Below, piece by piece: positions 56,471-64,000 of a DNA stretch of 64,000 nt. The position numbers and the translations under genes were made by a program. The first letter of the stretch is position 1; each line of letters starts with the position of its first letter. Under the pieces are notes generated by a model. The model did no database searches, had not been told where the DNA came from, and saw only the letters and a list, made by a program, of their open reading frames with translations. Source of the stretch: the human T2T-CHM13v2.0 reference genome, Homo sapiens; assembly GCF_009914755.1 (NCBI RefSeq), contig NC_060928.1. The stretch is one strand, 5' to 3'.

Positions 56471-58645
56471 CAGAGAATTATAAAAGGCCAATATTTTTTC
56501 TGTCTTATTTTTAATATGACTGACTAGAGACATTGAACACCAGTTCTCCTCAGAAAGAAGAACCAAAGTTACAGGTGAATAATCATAACTCGAACAGAAT
56601 ATTAAAGGGAGAGTGCTGGAGCCTATGGAAGAACTCAAGAGAAGAAGCTAGGGCACAGAAAAATAAGGAAGCAAGAATCTGGCAGAGATGGAACCCCAAA
56701 GAATTTGGTGTTCCAATGAAAGGGCAGGTGGGTTTGTTTGGTTTTTTGGCTTTGTTTTTTGTTTTTGCTGCCTTCACTCCTGCAGCATACTACTGCTTTC
56801 TAAACTATCAGAGAGTTCCTCTACCCTTGCAAGCTCAATCACTAGTGTGGGCAGCAAATTGGGAGCTTCTTGAGGGCATTGCACCAGGCTACCAGCTTGC
56901 CCAGGTTCACTCACCACTGGCCCAGAACCCAGCTACAATGATAGGGCACCATACTGAATGCGTACCCATTGTAGGATTCTTACCATGAGATGATTGTGGT
57001 AAGAGACACATGAGAACATCATAGGCCTGATTGGATCTATCAGTCCTTGTGTCTCCACATCACGGGATCCCCCACAAACATACCCCAGCACCCACTAGGA
57101 TTGCAGCAGCCACACAGAGCTTGTTGGACCAAGGGGAGCTGTGGATTCCCGGTAGTCTAGCCCACAGGGCATGCTGCTCCCAGGGAAAGGGAGAGCTGGG
57201 AGCTCAGGGCACCTGCCTAGGGGTGTGCCAAAGGAAACCAGAGGAAACCAGAGTATGTGCTTTCTTGTGCCCAAGAGCTCCCACTTGTGGGCAGAGAGTG
57301 ACTGTGGCTCTTCCAGCAGAGATGTAGGTGCTGTGTTCAACTCAATGAGGGAAGAGTGTGGTTCTGCTCCAGTGGCCAGGCAGCCACAGTGCTCCGGCAC
57401 AGGCCTGAAGAGTTGGATTTCTCCTCCCCACTAGTCCACTGCTGTAGATGTAGCCATGGATGCCCTGCAAGAGGCTGGCATGGATGCACAAGAGGATGGC
57501 CATTCTGAAGGGCACTGCATCCCTACTGGTGGTGTGCCCACTGGGCCTGGGCAGCCTTCCTGCAATAAAGATCGGGAAAGCCACAAAACTTGGTGTCTTG
57601 GGCTGAGAGAAAAGATTACACACTGAAGCCATTTCAGCAGAGAGTTGAGGGACAGGCAGCTTCTATGGCACTCAGCTACATTGCAGCCTGGATATAGATA
57701 GCGCGTCTGTCTGAACTGAGAATCCCAAGCCCCAGGACAGGATATGAAAGTAGATTACATTCCTACATGCACAGCTGTGGAGTTGGGGTAACCCCTTTAC
57801 CCCCTGCAGGCTTCAGTGCATTTTACTAGGAGCTCCCGCCACTGCCCACATCAGGACTGGTGCTTATGCTTGCCACTGGGTATGTGAGGACAAGCTTGAC
57901 AGTCTCCCCATCTGGAGCTGAGCTGGGAGCTCAGGGTACCAGGCATTCCACAGACTAGCCCATCACCTGAGACAATAGAGAGCTCCTCCTGGTAAACAAA
58001 GATCAAGCATATACCCTTCTGCTTCTGCTCAGCCAGCTCTTACCCATAAGTGCCACCTATTGGCCTGAAGGTTGACCTGCACAACCCAACACAAAACTTG
58101 CTGACAGAGCTGCACTGGAGAATGAGAGAAGCTTCCTGAGACCTCAACAATCCCAACCCGGAAGAAGACAGTGAGACTGACCATACACCCATATATCACT
58201 ACTATATCCACCATTTTAGAAAGCCACTACTCAAAAGCCACCTATTACCAAGGAACTTATACAGAGTATTTGCCATTGAAAGCACCCAGAACCAAAGCCG
58301 AGTGACCATGCACAACATACATTAGAGTCACATCTAAAAAAAAAAAAAATCCCATCCAGCAAAAGTAAAGTAAAAAAATAAAAAATAAAAAGAGATAGCT
58401 TATCCAGATGAGAAGGAAGCAGAGAAACAATTCTGGTGATAAGAAAAAGCAAAGTGTTACAACACTCCCAAAAGACCATGCTAACTCTCCAGCAATGGAT
58501 CCTAATAAAATGAAATATTTGAAATACCAGATAAATAGTTCAAAATATTGAACTGATTCAAAAGACTGATTTTAAAGCAGCTCAGTGAGACCCAAGAGAA
58601 AGTTGAAAACCAACAAAAAGAAATCAGAAGAAATTCAGATTATGA

Positions 58646-59080
<435 letters not shown>

Positions 59081-60143
59081 TAAAGGAAAAATTTCTGGAA
59101 ATGAAAAATATGTTGAAGAAATTACAAAATGTAGCTAAAAGCTTTAACAAACACTAAGCCAAGTAGAAGAAAGAATTCCAGAGCTTGGAGACAGGTCTTT
59201 TGAATTAACCCAGTCAGACAAAAGTAAAGAAAAAGGAATTTTTAAAAATGAACAAAATCTTCCAGAAATATGGGATTATGTAAAATGTCCAAACCTATGA
59301 GTTATAGGTATTCCTGAGAGAGAAGATAGAAAGTAAAATGTTTGCAAAATCTCTTTGAGGGAATAATTAAGGAAAAGTTCTCTGATTTTGCTAGAAATTC
59401 AGATATACAAGTACAACAAGCATAGAGAAATCCAAGAAGATACATTGCTAGATGGACTTTGGCAAGGTAATACAGTCATTAGACTATCTAAAGTCAAGGT
59501 GAAGAAAAAAAATCCTAAAAGGAGCAAGAGAAAATCACTTAATCACTTATATAAAATCCAATTAGACTAAAAGCAGAATTATCAGCAGAAACCCCCAAGC
59601 TAGATGAAGGTCCTATTTTTCAGTATTCTTAAAGCAAATAAATAAATAAATAAATATCAGCCAAAGATTTTTGTATCTTGCTAAACTAAATTTCATAAAT
59701 AAAAGAGAAATAAAGTCTTTACCAGACAAGCAAATGCTAAGGGAATTCATGAATTCATCACTAGACCACACCTACAAGAAATATTCAAAGGACTTCTAAA
59801 CATAGAGTTGAATGATCAATATTCACCCTCATAAACACATACAGAAGTATGTAACTCACATGTCATGTAAAACAATGACACAATTGAGACTCAGAAGCAA
59901 GTAGATAACAATTAACATTATGACAGGAACACAACCTCACAAATTTATAGTAACCTTGATGGTAAATGAACTGAATGCTCTACTGAAAAGATATAGATTA
60001 GTAGAATGGATTTAAAAAACAGAGTTCTTTCATATGATGCTTACAAGAAATGCACCTAAGTGATAAAAACACTTACAGACTCAAGATAAAAGGATGGAGA
60101 AAGACATTTCACACAAATGGAAACCAAAATAAAGCAGGAGTAG

Positions 60144-60144
<1 letters not shown>

Positions 60145-60172
<28 letters not shown>
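60145..60172. repeat. (TA)14 microsatellite inside L1 ORF2
   Basis: Seen directly; a second TA-rich tract lies at ~60580-60655. Confidence 0.9.
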
Positions 60173-60177
<5 letters not shown>

Positions 60178-60612
60178 TAAAACATATTTTAAAACAACAG
60201 TAGTAAAAAGAAAGACAAAGAAGGTAATTATATAATGATAAAGGATTCAATTCAACACGAAGATTTAATTATCCTAAGTCTAAATATGCAACCAACACTA
60301 GGCATACAGATTTATAAAACAAATACTATACTACTAGACCTAAGAAAAGAAAAATACAACAATAGCGAAGGACTTCAACAACCCACTGACAGCACTAGGC
60401 CAATAATCAAGGCAGAAAATCAATAAAGAAACTTTGAACTTAAACTGGGCTCTAGACCAAACAGACCTAATAGACATTTACAGAATATACACAGAATATA
60501 CATTTTTCTCATCTGCACTTGGAACATTCTCCAAAATTGACCATATGCGTGGCCACAAAGCGAGTCTCAACAAATTAAAATATTTATATTTTATATATAT
60601 ATATATATAAAT

Positions 60613-60657
<45 letters not shown>

Positions 60658-61482
60658 CTTCTTAGACCACAGTGGAATAAAATTAGAAATCAATACCAAA
60701 AGGAACCCTCAATAATATGCAAATACATGGAAATTAAACAACTTGCTGCTGAATGATCGTTGCATAAGTGACAAAATTAAGGCAGAAATTAAAAAAAATA
60801 GAAATGAATGACAATAGAGAGAAAACATAGCCAAACCTCTGGGACACAGAAAAAGTAGTGCTAAGAGGAAAGTTTATAGCATTAAATGCTTAAATCAAAA
60901 CCATAGAGAAATCTCCAATTAAAAATCTAACATCTCACCTCAAGGAACTAGAAAAGTAAGAACAAACCAAACCCGAGACTAGGAGAAGAAAAGAAATTAA
61001 AAAGATCAGAGCAGAACTAAATGAGACTGATAATTTAAAAATGGAACAAATTATCAACAAAACAAAAAGCTCGTTCTATGGAAAGATTTAAAAAGTGATA
61101 GATCACTAGCTAAACTAACCAAGAAGAAAAGAGAGAAGAGTCAAACACAATCAGAAATAATAAAGGTAACAAAGCAACTGATACCACACAAATACAATAG
61201 ATCATATGAGACTATTATGAGCAGCTCTATATGCACAAATCAGAAAACCTAGAGTAAATGGACATATCCCTGGAAACATACAACCTCCAAAGATTGAATC
61301 AGGAACACATAGAAATCCTGAACAAACCAATACTGAGTAATGAGATTGAATCAGTAATAAAACATCTTAAAACAACAATGACAACAAAAAACGCTGGACC
61401 AAATGGATTCATGGTTGAATTCTACCAGTCATACAAAAAAGAACTGGTACCAATCCTACTGAAATTTTCAAAAAGTCAAGAA

Positions 61483-61790
61483 GGCTGGACACAGTGGCTC
61501 ACATCTGTAATCCCAGCACTTTGGGAGGCCGAGGTAGGAGGATCACTTGAGCCAAGAGTTTGAGACAAGCCCAGACAACATAGGGAGACCCTGTTTCTAC
61601 AAAAATTGTTTTCAAAAATTATCCGGGCATGGTGGCCTGTGCCTACAGTCCAAATTACTCAGGAGGCTGAGGTGGGAGGATCAGGTGAGCCAGTGAGGCT
61701 AAGGCTGCAGTGATCTGTGATCATGGCACTGCACTCCAGCCTAGACAACAGAGCAAGACACTGTCTCAAAAAATTAAATAAATAAATAAA
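61483..61790 (+). mobile_element. AluJ inserted in L1PB ORF2
   Basis: AluJ diagnostics GGATCACTTGAGCC, CAACATAGGGAGACCC, GAGGTGGGAGGATC; (TAAA)n tail. Confidence 0.9.
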
Positions 61791-62346
61791 GTTGGGAAGA
61801 AAGAAATCCTACCTAACTCATTCTATAAAGCCAGTATCACCATAATACCAAAGCCAAGTAAGGACACAGGAGAAAAAAACATATCCCTAATGAACGTAGG
61901 TACAGAAAATACTAGAAAACCAAATCCAACAGTACATCAAAAATATAATACACCGCAATCAAGTGGGTTTCATTCCAGGGATGAAGGGATGGTTCAACAT
62001 GTGGAAATTAATAAATGTGATTCAACACATAAACATAACTAAAAGCAAAATCATATGATCGTCTCAATAAATGCAGGAAAGCATCTGAAAATATTCAGCA
62101 TCACTTCATGACAAAAACCCACAACAAATTAGGCATAGCAGGACATACCTCAAAATAATAAAAGCCATATATGACAAACCCACAGCCAACATCATACTGA
62201 ATGTGAGAAAGTTGAAAGCATTCTCCCTAAGAATTGAAACAAGATGAGGCTTCCCACTTTCACAATTCCTATTCAACAGAAGTCATAGCTAGAGCAATCA
62301 GGCAAGATAAAGAAATAAAAGACATCCAAATTGAAAAAGAGAAAGT

Positions 62347-62912
62347 TGAATGATTTATAATCCTTTGGGTATATACCCAGTAATAAGATTGCTGGGTCAA
62401 ATGAAATCATTCTACTGTAAAGACACATGCACACATATGTTTATTGCAGCACTGTTCACAATAGCAAAGAGTTGGAACCAACCAAAATGCCCATCAATGA
62501 TAGACTGGATAAAGAAAATGTGGCACATAAACACCATGGAATACTGTGAAGCCATAAAAAGGATGAGTTCATGCCCTTTGCAGGGACATGGATGAAGCTG
62601 GAAACCATCATTCTCAGAAAACTAACACAAGGGCAGAAAACCAAACACCACATGTTCTCACTTATAAGTGTGAGTTGAATAATGAGAACATATGGACAGG
62701 GAGGGGGGAACATCACACACCGGAGCCTGTCAGGGGTTGGGAGGCTAGGGGAGGGATAGCATTAGGAAAAATACCTAATGTAGATGACGGGTTGATGGGT
62801 GCAGCAAATCACCATGGCACATGTACACCTATGTAACAAACCTGTATGTTCTGCACATGTACTCCAGAACTTAAAATCTAATAATAAAAATAAATAAATA
62901 AATAAATGCAAA
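62347..62912 (+). mobile_element. Short L1PA7/8-like insertion with tiny 5' inversion, nested in L1PB ORF2
   Basis: Antisense L1 62348-62403, then sense L1 3' end and tail; 14-bp TSD GAAAAAGAGAAAGT at 62333-62346 and 62913-62926. Confidence 0.9.
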
Positions 62913-64000
62913 GAAAAAGAGAAAGTCAAGTTATCGTTGCTTGCTAATGACATAATGTTATACCTAGAAAACTCTAAAGACTCCTCCAAAAGAATTCTAG
63001 ATTTGACAAATGACTTCAGTAAAGTTTCAGGATACAAAATTAACATACAAAAATCAGTTGCATTTCTATACACCAATAATTATCAAGCTGAGAACCAAGT
63101 CTAGAGCTCAATACTATTTACAATTTCTACAAAAAAGTAAAATACCTAGGAATACATTTAACCTAGCCAAGGAGGTGAAAGATCTCTGCAAGATGAACTA
63201 AAAATCACTAATGAAATAAATCATAAAACACACAAACAAATGGAAAAACATTTCATGTTTATGGGTTGGATGAATCAATATTGATAAAATGATCATATTG
63301 TCCAAAGCCCTCTACAGATTCAGTGCAATTTTTTGTCAAATTACAAATGTCATTTTTCACAGAATTGGAATAAACAATCCTCAGATTCCTATAGAATCAA
63401 AAAATAGTCTGAATAGCCAAAGCAACCCTAAGCAAAAAGAACAAAGCTGGAGGTATCACATTGTCTGGCTGCAAATTATACTACAAGCCTATAGTAACCA
63501 AAACAGCATGGTACTGGTATAAAAATAGACACAAAAATCAATGGAACATAATAGAGAACCCAGAAATAAAGCTGCATACCTACAGTCAACTGATCTTTCA
63601 CAAAGTAGACACAAATATACACTGGGGCAAGGACATTCTATTCAATAAATAGTGCTGGGAAAGTTGGATAGCCATATATAGAAGAATGAAACTGGACCCA
63701 TATCTCTCACCATATATAAAAATTAACTAAGATGAAAATCACACGTACATGCACACACACACGCACACACACCATTGACTATTACTCAACTATACAAAAG
63801 AATAAAATCATGTGGGCTTTTTTTGCAGTAACATGGATGAAATTGGAGTCTATTAAGAGAAATAACTTAGAAACAAATGTCAAATACCGCATATTCTCGC
63901 TTATAAATGGTAGCTAAAAAATGTGTACACATGGACATACAGAGTGGAATAACAGACGTTGAAGACTCCAAAAGGTGGGAAGTTGAAAGTGGGGCAAGGG

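Noticed and set aside
56533-57632. Cluster of GC-richer ORFs resembling a gene or promoter
   Set aside because: Lies within the L1PB 5'UTR and is CpG-depleted, so it is not a CpG island.

Overview
AT-rich, repeat-dense primate genomic DNA, most likely human or great ape (it carries AluY and L1PA2-type elements). It looks intronic or intergenic, with no intact protein-coding gene, no CpG island and no RNA gene that I can support. Nearly all ORFs in the supplied track come from Alu, L1 or MaLR repeats. The one gene-derived feature is an RBM48 retrocopy at 37832-39435, bounded by an 11-bp TSD. It carries a 166-nt GT..AG segment inside the coding sequence and keeps an open N-terminal RRM frame. 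The most notable observations are retrotransposition and repair fossils: an L1PA3 with a ~270-nt, possibly serial, 3' transduction inside its TSD; a probable gene-conversion tract between two inverted L1s 17 kb apart; two twin-primed (5'-inverted) L1 insertions; a 55-bp local copy-paste into an L1PB 5'UTR; a patchwork micro-duplication; a close inverted Alu pair; a solo HERV-E LTR2; and a MADE1/miR-548-like hairpin. I see no evidence for a new multi-gene system. Subfamily names rest on remembered consensus sequences, not on a database search.
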